Assembly: GCF_006345805.1 (NCBI RefSeq)
Contig: NC_043009.1
Coordinates: 36,270,001 to 36,334,000, forward strand
Direction: 5' to 3'
Source: Octopus sinensis
Taxonomy: Eukaryota
Length of the DNA: 64,000 nucleotides
In this document: piece after piece, positions 52,343 through 64,000 of the stretch
Numbering within the stretch: position 1 is the first letter of the stretch
How the letters are laid out: each line of letters begins with the position of its first letter
Translations under genes and position numbers: made by a program
The notes under the pieces: model-generated
What the model saw: the letters and a program-made list of their open reading frames with translations, nothing else
Database searches by the model: none
Told to the model about the DNA's origin: nothing

Positions 52343-52481
52343 GTCTATTATTATCATCATCATTATCATCTTCATCATCGTAATCATCGTTTTCGTTATC
52401 TGAGTTCTCAGGAGTAATTTGTAGATCTTGGGCCAAGTCATTGTTGTTATCTGATGACGAGAAATGTTCTCCATGGATATC
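52343..52481 (-). CDS. TAF1: TAF1 exon (DIHGEHF...DLAQDLQITPENSD...)
   Basis: GCAG acceptor, C|GTGAGA donor, 139 nt, phases 0/1 consistent with both neighbours. Confidence 0.8.
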
Positions 52482-52586
52482 CTGCAAGAAGCAATGATAA
52501 CAATAATAACAACAACAGTAATAATTTGGGACATGACATTACAAAGGTAAGTTGTGAAAACAGTGAGAACTTTATATTGAGTAAAA

Positions 52587-54356
52587 CTAGTATTATAACC
52601 CGATTTAATTCGGGTCTACTCAGGCCACATTTTAAAGATGAGGAATTTTAAAAAAAAACGAAAATTTTATTAAAAATTAAAAAGAAAATGAGGGCAAAAA
52701 GCACTCGTTTTTTTCACAATGAAAAATCGTTTCCTAGTAGCCGGAATTTTGCGACAAGATGTATGTTTATTAAGCACAACAGCCTGCAGTGCATGCCACT
52801 GGGCATTAAAAGCCAATCACACAAACCTAGAGGGGCTCTGGGCCCCCTTGAATCGATAAAAAATCATTCTTTTTGCCAAAGTAACCACATCTTTATAGCT
52901 TGCGAATTTTAACCATCGCGGGTCGCATCCTCACCATGCATTTAGTATCCCTGCCAATTTTCAGCGCGATCCTAGCCTCGGTTTGGCCACCATTAACCGT
53001 CAAAGCAAAATATGCATACAATTTTCGTCCAAGGACTGTTTTATACATATAGATTAAGTATTAAGCATTTTATTGCTATCGCCCCTTCATCATATTTCGA
53101 AAAGTTGCCTTGAATCGATAAAAGTCACTCTTTTTGCCATAGCAACCACATCTTTATAGCTTGCGAATTTTAACCATCGCGGGTCTCATCCTCACCATGC
53201 ATTTAGTATCCCTGCTAATTTTCAGCTCGATCCTAGCCTCAGTTTGGCCACCATTAACCGTCAAAGCAAAATGTGCATACAATTTTCGTCCAAGGACTGT
53301 TTTATACATATAGATTAAGTATTAAGCATTTTATTGCTATCGCCCCTTCATCATATTTTGAAAAGTTGCCTTGAATCGATAAAAGTCACTCTTTTTGCCA
53401 TAGCAACCACATCTTTATAGCTTGCGAATTTTAACCACCATGGGTCTCATCCTCACCACGCATTTAGTATCCCTGCTAATTTTCAGCTCGATCCTAGCCT
53501 CAGTTTGGCCACCATTAACCGTCAAAGCAAAATATGCATACAATTTTCGTCCAAGGACTGTTTTATACATATAGATTAAGTATTAAGCATTTTATTGCTA
53601 TCGCCCCTTCATCATATTTCGAAAAGTTGCCTTGAATCGATAAAAGTCACTCTTTTTGCCATAGCAACCACATCTTTATAGCTTGCGAATTTTAACCACT
53701 GTGTGTCTCATCCTCACCACGCATTTAGTATCCCTGCTAATTTTCAGCTCGATCCTAGCCTCAGTTTGGCCACCATTAACCGTCAAAGCAAAATGTGCAT
53801 ACAATTTTCGTCCAAGGACTGTTTTATACATATAGATTAAGTATTAAGCATTTTATTGCTATCGCCCCTTCATCATATTTCGAAAAGTTGCCTTGAATCG
53901 ATAAAAGTCACTCTTTTTGCCATAGCAACCACATCTTTATAGCTTGCAAATTTTAACCAGTGGGTCTCATCCTCACCACGCATTTAGTATCCCTGCCAAT
54001 TTTCAGCTCGATCCTAGCCTCAGTTTGGCCACCATTAACCGTCAAAGCAAAATGTGCATACAATTTTCGTCCAAGGACTGTTTTATACATATAGATTAAG
54101 TATTAAGCATTTTATTGCTATCGCCCCTTCATCATATTTCGAAAAGTTGCCTTGAATCGATAAAAGTCACTCTTTTTGCCATAGCAACCACATCTTTATA
54201 GCTTGCGAATTTTAACCACTGTGGGTCTCATCGTCACCATGCATTTAGTATCCCTGCTAATTTTCAGCTCGATCCTAGCCTCAGTTTGGCCACCATTAAC
54301 CGTCAAAGCAAAATGTGCATACAATTTTCGTCCAAGGACTGTTTTATACATATAGA
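52587..54356 (-). mobile_element. Non-autonomous Helitron with an internal ~261-bp tandem array
   Basis: Minus strand A|TCTATATGTATAAAAC ... ACCCGA attaaa TCGGGT tataata CTAG|T: 5' TC, 3' hairpin plus CTAG, AT target, no TSD. Confidence 0.82.
52846..54356. repeat. Tandem repeat, ~261-bp unit, about 5.8 copies
   Basis: GAATCGATAAAA recurs at 52850, 53112, 53373, 53634, 53895 and 54154. Confidence 0.95.
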
Positions 54357-54634
54357 TAATAATAATGGTTTCAAATTCTGACACAAAGCTTGAACTTTGG
54401 GGTTTGAGGGTTAGTTGATTATATTGACCCTAGTATTTGACTGGTACTTACTTTTATCAACACTGAAAGGATGAAACATAAAGTTGACCTCAGTGAGACT
54501 TAAAATAGGAGCATAAAGTTGCAGGTACAGCTGAATGGTTTAGAAGTTCACTTTAAAATCATGTGGCCCCCAGACCAATAAATACATTGTGAGTGAATTT
54601 GGTTAACAAAAACTGAACGCAATCCCACTGTGTG

Positions 54635-54674
<40 letters not shown>

Positions 54675-54992
54675 ATTTACATCTCTTGTACTCTTTCACT
54701 TGTTTCATATATTTGACTGCAGCCATGCTGGAGCACCGCCTTAAAGGATGTTAGTTGAAGAAATCAACTCCAGGACATTCTTTGTAAGCCTAGTACTTAT
54801 TCTATCAGTCTTTTTTGCTTAACTGCTAAGTTACAGGAACATCAGCATCAACTGTCAGGCAATAGTGCGGGGAACAAACACAGACACACACACAAATATA
54901 TACACAAAGGTGCCACACGTTGGGACTGAACCCGGAACCATGTGGTTGAGAAGCAACCTTCTAACCACACAGACACGACTACACCTATGATA

Positions 54993-55111
54993 TGCTTACA
55001 GCACCTAGATTTCCCAAGTGCTCACCCATTTAAGTACTCACTAGGCTCAACGTGGCTTAACTTTGGTGATCAAATGAGAACCGGGGCATTCAACATGATA
55101 TGGCCATAAGC
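54993..55111 (-). pseudogene. 5S rRNA pseudogene
   Basis: Minus strand GCTTATGGCCATATCATGTTGAATGCCCCGGTTCTCATTTGATCACCAAAGTTAAGCCACGTTGAGCCTAGTGAGTACTTAAATGGGTGAGCACTTGGGAAATCTAGGTGCTGTAAGCA is colinear with metazoan 5S; CpG decay and no oligo-T terminator. Confidence 0.88.
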
Positions 55112-55165
55112 ATATATATATATGTGTGTGTGTGTGTATGTATATATATGTATGTGTGTGTATAT

Positions 55166-55238
<73 letters not shown>

Positions 55239-55249
55239 CACATATCATT

Positions 55250-56245
55250 GTCCACGAGGCCATAACAAAGGAGTTTAAGACCAGTTGCCTGTGAGAACTC
55301 TTCTAAGTGGCTGACGTTGTTCTTGTAACTGAATCTGTGGTAGAAGTAGAATTAGGAAAGAAATTCCACATGTCAAAGCAAAACTTTGGCCTTGAAGTTG
55401 ACTTAGTAAAGACAAAAGTTTTAGTAAGCAGGAAAGCAGACAGGACTCTACTCACTTCAAGGAAAATGGCCTTGCTCAACATGGAAGAAAGATGTAGGTA
55501 GAAATTCCATATGGTGTGCCCAATGCAAGCTATGGAGGCACAAGAGGTGCAGTGAAATCAGTGGAAGATTAACAGAAATAGTAAGTCTTGTTTGTGGTAG
55601 AGATGGAGGAGCAATTAACACTAAGAACACATAGAAGATAGATTTTCTTGAATGTCTAAGAGTAAAAATCCTAAGAGATAGTCACACAGTTTCTGTTACC
55701 TACCTAATTAGCAGTGGGTGAAAATAAGTTTCTAGAATATGAACTAATAGGAAAGTGTTCAGAGCTATTACCTTTGTTAGTAACAAAAGCTCTCTCTCTC
55801 TCTCTCTCTCTCTCAAAGAGCGAAAGGCTGATTGTATGATGTATGAACAGCAATGCTATATGGTAGTGAAACAAAGACCCTGAATGCAAAGATAATGTGA
55901 AGACTAGAAATAAATAAAGCTAGCATACTCGGCTGGATGTGCAATGTCAGTGTGAATGATAAAATGCAAATATGTTGAGGGAAAAATTGGACACATGAGG
56001 CATCAGTTATAATGTGCAAGAGAGAAGACTTTGCTGCTCTGGTCACGTGATGTGTATGGATGTGGATCTGTATAATATGCTGATCACTAATGTGGATGGC
56101 ACTTGTAGATGAAAGAAACCCAGGAAGGCATGGGATGAGGTACTGAAGAATGATCTCAGGTTGTTGAACCTCATGGAGGAGTTGGCAAAGGACCAAGATA
56201 AATGGTGATTCACTGTGCTCAAGAAGACCCATCCGTCTTAGCACA
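55250..56245 (+). mobile_element. Old, heavily decayed RTE-clade LINE of the same family as 47722-51115
   Basis: AITKEFKTSCL*ELF*VAD, VDLVKTKVLVSRKAD, AMLYGSET remnants. Confidence 0.75.
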
Positions 56246-59200
56246 AATGAAGCTCAAAAAGGATATTGTTAATGTTTATACTCACCCCTCCACACACACA
56301 CACACTGTACTTATCAAGTCTTTCTAACAAATCTTCTTTGTAACATCTATTTTTCCTTCACTTCTCAACTATGGCAGTATTTCCTCAGCTGCTGTGGCTT
56401 TATGAGAGCAAAGCAGCACTTATTCAGCCTACCACCCCTTCCAAGCTACCAGCAATTCTTCTCCTTCGAACACTTCCCTTGCCATTCATCATGCACTCCC
56501 AACATGATCCCTTGCTATTATATTTACACTTTCCTCTGAACACCCTCTCATGCCTGCCATCAATGCTCTCCCACCTTTATTATAACCCACTATATCCATT
56601 CCGTGTACCTCTGATCTCCATCTCAGTTACTGTGCCTCTTCTCTCTCCACCACACTCCACCTCATTTCCCTCTTTCTCCTTTGGCCAGTTTTATTATACT
56701 ATTGTTTTGTCGCCCACCTTTATGTATTACCTCATATCACCTCTTTTACCTTAACCCACTCCTTATTTTCTTTACATTCCTCCAAACTGACATTTACCAC
56801 TGTTCATACCTCCACCCTAGTTCATCATTCACTACATTCATTTCTATCCTCATCTCTACAGTCTGTCCCACTCCCTTCACATTCTCACAACCCTACCCAT
56901 GCAACTATCCTCGATTCTCTGTCCCTACTCTCCTTTTATCCATCTTCTAGTACCTTGAAGATATGCGCTGATGCCTCATTTCCCTCCTTTCACCTTTTCC
57001 TGCTGGGGTAGCCATGTATCTCTTCTATAACAAGATATTTGTTCCTTCCCCACCATCATGCTTTAGCTTCTCAGTACCTGGCACAAAACCACCTCCCTCA
57101 ATTCTGCACCCATACTCCATCAAGGGGTCTCTTCTCAAGAGTGATTTGGTGACTTCACTAGTGCTGGTGGCAAAAAAGGAGCACACAGTATATTCCACTT
57201 AGTGGTTGATACTGGAAAGAGCATCCAACAGTGGAAACCTTGCTAATGCAGTCCTCTGGCTAGTCAGATCCTGTTAAACAGTCCAACCCATTCCAGCATG
57301 GAATATGAACATTAAATGATGGCGATGATTGATTGTATATGTGTGCATATGTTTCTTACCACTCAGCAACTGGTTCTTGTTTACATTGAACATAAGAAAC
57401 CTTAAGTACTGGGCTCAATTCAATCAAATAAAATTCTTCAAAGTCCAATGACTGAGGCAAGTGGAAGAGTAACTAAATACCACAAAACACTCAGTCTAGG
57501 GCTCAATTGATTCCCCCATTTCTCTGCCCTTACATCAATTTCTTAATTAGGCACAAGGCATGAAATTTGAGGGGTGAAGGGGTTAGTTGATACCAACAGT
57601 CCCAGTAACTAGTACTTTATCAACCCCAGAAGGATGAAAGGCAAGATCAATCTCAGTAGGATTGGAACACAAAATGTAAAGGAACATGACTAAATACTGC
57701 ATGACATTTTGACCAACACTCTAACCATTCTTCCAATTTACTACCCTTAATAATGCTCTTCATATAAAGCTGTAGCTGTCTTAAAAAATGGCAATGTCAA
57801 AAAATATCATAGAACTTTAGCAGACAGACAACCAGATAACACTTAATAAACCTGACATCAGTTTCCATTACAATATCATATTAATTATTGAGATAGCAAT
57901 ACCAAATGACTATGATGTTGAGTAGTTCATTCATTTGTTTTACTTCTGTTTTTCCATGTTAGCATGAGTTAGTTGAATATATTATTATGGCATTGTTTTA
58001 CAGCTAGATGCTCTTCGAGTAGCTAACCCTTTTCTGTTTTCCAAGTAAGGGATCTTTTAGTTCACACAAAGCCTATGGACAATGTGTTGACAGAAATGGC
58101 AATGATGTCACTGCTTGTAGCTGACAATTTTGGAGAAGCACAAATGTAAACACATGCATACACACAAGATATGATTAGTCACATTTAGAAACATTAGTGA
58201 TGAATTTGGGATCATAACTGCTCTAAATGAACTAAGAGGAACTCATACAAAATATAAGAAAATGTTGATAAAAAAAGTAAAATTAGGACACTTTTCAGTT
58301 ATATCTGCTTTAAACATATTATATCTTATTAAAAGCAAGATCACATTAGATAATGTACTCATCATTCTGCATATCCCACCAAAGAAACAGTTTGGTAATT
58401 ACTGGAATGCCTTTAATCATATGTCTGTTTAACCAGAATTGATCTGTGTCAGTCACTAATGAAATCCCAACAAAGGACTGAAACTAGTCCCGATAATCAG
58501 TCTTTCACCTTCCTCATTATAATCTTTCTTTTCTATCACTCTTTTACTTCACTTTTCTCTCTCTCTCTCTTGAACCTTACTTCTCTCTCTCTCTCTCCCT
58601 CTCCTTCTTCTATCATCCCTCTACTTCATTTCTCTCTATATAACTCTCTTTCTCTTCAATCAGCCTTGCTACCCATTTCTCTCTCCATAACTCTCTCTTT
58701 TCTTCACTCATTCAACCATGTTGTCTTCAAGAAATTGCAACACTATAGAGAAGAGAAAAGTCTTTAGTTTTACCATAGACAAAACAACCTCTCTGATGTA
58801 GGTTCCACAATAAAATACACCTGATATACTCAGGGAAATGTTTGGTGTTAGGAAGGGCATCCATTCATTCAAACCATGCCAAAAATATAATGTACAAGCA
58901 AGGCATAGTCCCCACCCTATCTAGGAGGCTAGTAACTTTAAATAAGAGCTGACTTCAACTGTAAAGACCATCCAACCCATACCAGCATAGAAAGCAGATA
59001 TAAAATGATGCTGCTGATGCTGTTAGGGATGATGATATACTTGATGTTCAAGTCAATGGGGATGACTCTACACAGCTGGTCAACATGTTAGAAATAGCAG
59101 CCAAATATCACTCAATCACAAATGCATTGTCTCAAGAAAAGGAAGGACACATTAGATAGTGTGATCCTATATACTCCTTGGTAAAGACAGTATCGTCATG

Positions 59201-59318
59201 GCTGAAATGTTTTTTGCTTAATCTGTCAAGCCTGAGGCTCAATGGCAACATCAGGAATAGGAACTGTTAAATAGGAGAGCTGAAGTGTTAGTAAACACTG
59301 AAGTCCTAATGAACAAAC

Positions 59319-59411
59319 CTGGTGAGATATGTCAAACTCCCTGTCTTCCATCGCACTCTCATCACCTTCCACATCAACAAACTCTGAATCAGATTCATCA
59401 AACATCATGTC
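59319..59411 (-). CDS. TAF1: TAF1 exon (DMMFDESDSEFVDVEG...)
   Basis: TTTCAG acceptor, CAG|GTTTGT donor, 93 nt, phase 0/0. Confidence 0.8.
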
Positions 59412-60649
59412 CTGAAATTAACAGAAAAAAAAATTTAGATGGTACACAGTAAAAACTAGAATATGGATGTGTGTGTGTGTGCATGTATTTTGTATGTGTG
59501 TGTATGCGTATATGTTTGTGTTTACACTTGTACTTCTCAAAAAAAATCGCTAAACTACAAATAGTGACATTGTCGTTAATTCCCCTATCAATGAATCATC
59601 CACTAGCTTTGTACTTCTGAAGGCCTGTACAATAAAAAATCCCTTCCTTGACAAACAGCTAAGGGTTAGCAAGAAGAAGAGGGTCCAGCTGTAAAACAAT
59701 CTTCAAATGATATATCCACCTAACCCATGCCAGTACAGAAAAAGAGGTTAACAATGAAAGAATATATATAGAATATATAATTATAACATCCTGATTCCAA
59801 GTACATTGTATCTCTGCATGTTATCTGAAGTGAATAAAACAGTTGAGACAGTGAGGGCATCTGGCCATAAACCCGACTCAAAAAATCCATTCAACCCAAG
59901 CCACTATGGAAAAGTACACATAAAAAGATATGTGTGAATGTGAATGTGTGTGTGTCTGTGTGTGTGTGTGTCTGTGTGTGTGTGTGTGTGGAGAGAAAAA
60001 ATATGAATCTAGTATTAAAAAGGAATACATCTATATTTAAAGTATTTTTAAATAAGTACCTGGAGAGAAGAGGGGAAAATGAAGGTGTGGCATTCATGCC
60101 TTTCTCATGGGTAGGTATTAGTGAAATAAACGATACAGCTATGACTGGAGATCAAATCCAGGTCACAGAGTCAGTTCAACAAGTTTATGACCATGTGCTT
60201 CAAGGAGGGTCAACTGGTTGGCTGCAGCCAAATTTGAACTTACAATCTTAAAGTCCCAAAGTAGTTAAGCTGTTTTACAATCATTATCTAGTATATTTCA
60301 AGCGGTTTTGATTTGTTGTTGTTGCCATCTATTTAACCCCAGCTTAGTATAGATCCAGCAGACCTATGATCAAAGTATTTCAACCATGAGCAACCTATAG
60401 AGTGTATCTAGAAACACATTATCCAAAATGATCTGCCTTTTGTTAAAGCCAAATTCATAGAGTATTAACTGAGGGTGATTTGGTTGCTATATTGAGACTG
60501 TTGTTGTTGGTTCTAAGAGCTAGCAAAGCCTTGAACTCAACACCTTGTGATCACTTGTTTTCACGATATCCTACATTATTCTCACAGCCAACGGAATGGT
60601 TAAATTTAGAGTGACTACTTGTTACAGATGAGCTCCCATGACTTTCGGA

Positions 60650-60848
60650 AACATTTTTTCACGCTCAGAGTTGCTGAAGCATGGAATAAACTGCCTGCGT
60701 CAGTTGTTGACTGCCATGACACTGCATCCTTTAAGGCCCTCATGCTTTCCGAAATCCGCCGAAACTACACCTGATTATATATACACTTTAGATGAGTTGT
60801 AGTGCACCTGAGCACTGTACACAATTATTATTATTATTATTATTATTA
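60650..60848 (+). mobile_element. 3' tip of a CR1-group LINE
   Basis: FFTLRVAEAWNKLPASVV and a (TTA)n tail. Confidence 0.7.
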
Positions 60849-60882
60849 AAGAGGAAGGACAGAAGGAAGGACATTTTCTTAC

Positions 60883-61040
60883 TTCAGCATCAGCATCATT
60901 GTCATCTTTGAAGTCTGAATGATGTCGTCTTCTATGTAGCATATCTGATGTCGATGAGTTTGGTTCACCATCTGGCCAATCTCCGCTTGCTAACACAGCC
61001 TCCCGCATGCTGTTACTGTCCATACTCTCATTGTCAATGC
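60883..61040 (-). CDS. TAF1: TAF1 exon (IDNESMDSNS...DADAE)
   Basis: TTACAG acceptor, GAA|GTAAG donor, 158 nt, phases 1/0 consistent. Confidence 0.82.
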
Positions 61041-61128
61041 CTGTAAACAACAAAAATAAAAAGCAACATGAAATACCACAGAATTAACCCGAAATATTCA
61101 CGGGGCATCAAATATCAAAGACTTTTGT

Positions 61129-61165
<37 letters not shown>

Positions 61166-62484
61166 TTAATATGCCAATTTGTTTTTTGTATGTATATAAA
61201 GCATGTGCCATGCTTAAGAGAAAGACATTGTTGAAAGAAATTTTGTTGCTTAAATAAAAATTTTTAGTTGATATCTTATGATTTCTGGAAGAGATTTGAA
61301 ACAACAACCCATGTGTTGTATTACTACTTCTCAACACCCATGCCTACTGGAACACCGAATCAGTAACAATCTTAACGAGAAAATTAAGATACTTAAATCT
61401 GATGGGGGTGTCAAGCAAGGGAGAAAAGAAGTGAAAGAGAAAAAGAGAGAGTGGCTGATAGGTATTTGAATTTCTTTCTACAATTGAACTGAAATTGACC
61501 CCTGGCTATTAAAGGCCCAACCACACACACACATTTGCTTTAGGTCTTCTACCCATTTCAGTTCAGTCATACACCAGATAACATGTTAAGACTTATGTTA
61601 CGAAATTTAAATTTTGAATTTGTTTTAGTTATAAAATTACATCTCAGCTAAAAAAAACATCTTTCAGTTTTTGAATACTAACTTCTCTTTCTATAATTTT
61701 TGTTAAGTTACAATTTCTCTGTTTTGGTCAAGATTTTTCCAATTTATTTTTTTCTTGTATCAAGCAACTGACAAAAGCATTAAAAAAACAAAAAAATAGA
61801 GCCGAATGAAATCAAAAATATTAATTCTATTTTTTCCTTTTACTTTTTGCTTTCTTGCATATTAGGTGAGTATGTCAGAAATATTTTCACCTTTTAAATA
61901 ATTACTGTCTAATACATTCAATATGTTTTTCAATTGAAACACACTGAATCATTTTGGAAATTTATCTCTTGTGCAATTAGCCATCACTTCCTATATTTCA
62001 GCAGTTGTTATCAGCCATTCACAACAATCCGCCTCCATTGCTGTGAGCCACAGCAGTCCCTTGAGGTAGAAACTGAAGTCCATCCTGCAATTCAGCTCAC
62101 TACTACTCCCAAACAGTTGAGCAAAGTGCTGATAAAAAGCCACACACATCTGTTTGGGATCGAGGACCCTGTGCTCATTGCAGTCTGGTAAGGGTATTTA
62201 TTGCTGCAGTCATAGTACTGACACCAAATACTTTCACATATACACACATACATACACAAGAACTCTATTTATGCTGAAATTCGAATGAAGGAGCTTTTGG
62301 TCTGAGGTTACAAACCAGGTCTTTCTCTATTGACAACAAACCTAGAAATAAACTAAATAATAGCATCCATACATACCAAGTTTGCATGCACACACACACA
62401 CAACTCACACAAATACAGAAACAAAAAGTTTCTGCAAAAGTGAGATAAAGCTTCTAAATCCAATAAAATGAAAAATATATTCAC

Positions 62485-62611
62485 CCAGAACACTGTTATC
62501 ATCCATGTTGAGTGATGTTCCAGTCATGATGCTGTCTGTCTCCACAGCATCAAGAGCAGCTTCTCGAGCAGCCTGTATGTCTCGTTCAAGTTGACTTAAA
62601 TGTTCATCATA
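62485..62611 (-). CDS. TAF1: TAF1 exon just after bromodomain 2; the rest of the gene lies beyond the window
   Basis: YDEHLSQLERDIQAAREAALD resembles human TAF1 [21 protein letters not shown]; GCAG acceptor, G|GTGAAT donor. Confidence 0.88.
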
Positions 62612-62711
62612 CTGCAAATTAATAATAAAACAATTAAAGCAAAGTTAGCAGCATTGAAATCATTGCACATACACACACACGTGCACACATACCTGCATAC
62701 ACACATGTCTC

Positions 62712-62752
<41 letters not shown>

Positions 62753-62789
62753 GACGCTAAACGATGATGATGATGATGATGATGATGAT

Positions 62790-62823
<34 letters not shown>

Positions 62824-63176
62824 AAGGACGCTAAACGATGATGATGATGATGATGATGATATATATATATATATACGGAGAGAAAGAGACAGCATTACAC
62901 CATCATCATCATTGTCATTCTTTAATGTTTGTGTTTCATGCTGGCTTGAACACCCATATACATGTGTGAATACATGAAAAATCAGTCTCCTTCCTCATAT
63001 TTAAGATGAAATATTAATATTTTAATATAATATTTAATATTTCTATGATATCTACTAAGAATTGTTTATTCTTATAGATACAGATGTTAGTGTATTAAAC
63101 ATGAAATACATCTCTATTTAAAGTACAAGTAGCTTTAACACATAATTAATTTATTCATGATAATAATATATCTAAT

Positions 63177-64000
63177 GGTAGTTTCTGAAACATGTGAACA
63201 TATGAAAAACCAGTCTCAATCCTCGTATTTAAGAGGCACTGTCTGGAATATAGGATGTGATATAATTCTTCGAGCCAAAGAAAGCAAAAGGAATTTCCAA
63301 CCTTATAAGCAGCAGCCTTGCTTACAATCTCCCACTCCACTTAAAAACCATTTTTCTTGTCTTTCAAGTCCCAAATAAATTTAGTGAGGCTGGTACAATA
63401 GTAATGTTCTTGGAATAAAATGTTAGTAAGAAATGTATACTCGAGTCATCTAGTGTACGAGGGGAAACAACCCAAGTTAAATCCCACCTCCACCTCTGGC
63501 ATATAGGTAACTTGGTAAATAGCAACCATACTGAGTGGAATGATATAAAACAGAATAACAATATTAGTAGTTTATAATATATATTTTGTGATTGTAAAGT
63601 TAGAAGTAAATGTTTATTTAAAAATTATTGTAAGCAAAAAAATGTTGTTTACAAATGTAGTGAAATCTGAAGGAAGGAGTTTCTTTTACATAGGGCAACA
63701 GGGAATTTTATCAAGAAACACATCTCTAATCACATTTACACCTTTAATAATAGGAACAGATCCTCTTGTACCAGCCTCAGTAAATTCATTTGGGACTTAA
63801 AAGACAAGAAAAAAATAGTTTTTAAGTGAAGTGGGAGATTGTAAGAAAGGGTGCTGCTTATAAGGTTGGAAATTCCTTTTGCTTTCTTTGGCTCGAAGAA
63901 ATATATCAAATCCTATATTCCAGGCAGTGCCTCTTAAATACAAGGATTGAGACTGGTTTTTCATATGTTCATGCATGTAAATGGGCTTTCAAAAACTACC
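63177..64000. repeat. Inverted repeat with ~225-bp arms (63177-63400 and 63766-64000), MITE/foldback-like, may extend past the window
   Basis: TTCTTCGAGCCAAAGAAAGCAAAAGGAATTTCCAACCTTATAAGCAGCA is mirrored at ~63852-63900, and the flanking blocks also mirror. Confidence 0.88.

Noticed and set aside
52452-52466. CTGATGA..GAAA on the + strand
   Set aside because: Antisense of TAF1 Ser codons, with no room for stem II.
52846-54356. Regularly spaced repeats as a CRISPR-like array
   Set aside because: The whole 261-bp unit repeats, there are no unique spacers or cas genes, and the context is eukaryotic.

Overview
AT-rich, microsatellite- and transposon-dense animal DNA. The (CATA)n/(CA)n/(TA)n load and SINE content suggest an octopus-like cephalopod, but that is inference. 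Two spliced host genes can be reconstructed with consistent intron phases: a complete five-coding-exon AASDHPPT (+, 25992-33189, 314 aa) and the last five coding exons of TAF1 (-, 62611-46328). Between them lies a piggyBac-type ORF of about 479 codons (-) that keeps the DDD triad but has a detached Cys-rich tail. The rest is TE debris: two mariners, R4-clade, RTE, CR1/L2 and Penelope fragments, SINEs, a non-autonomous Helitron carrying a ~261-bp tandem array, and a 5S rRNA pseudogene. The most striking signal is a set of hammerhead ribozyme (HHR) motifs. A near-perfect palindrome with 239-bp arms (22539-23038) encodes two divergent type I hammerheads, one per strand. A second inverted-repeat element in an AASDHPPT intron has a minimal HHR at its centre, and three more degenerate HHRs are scattered nearby, one directly behind a Penelope GIY-YIG remnant. 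All folds were paired by eye and none is tested. TE boundaries are approximate unless a TIR or TSD is cited.
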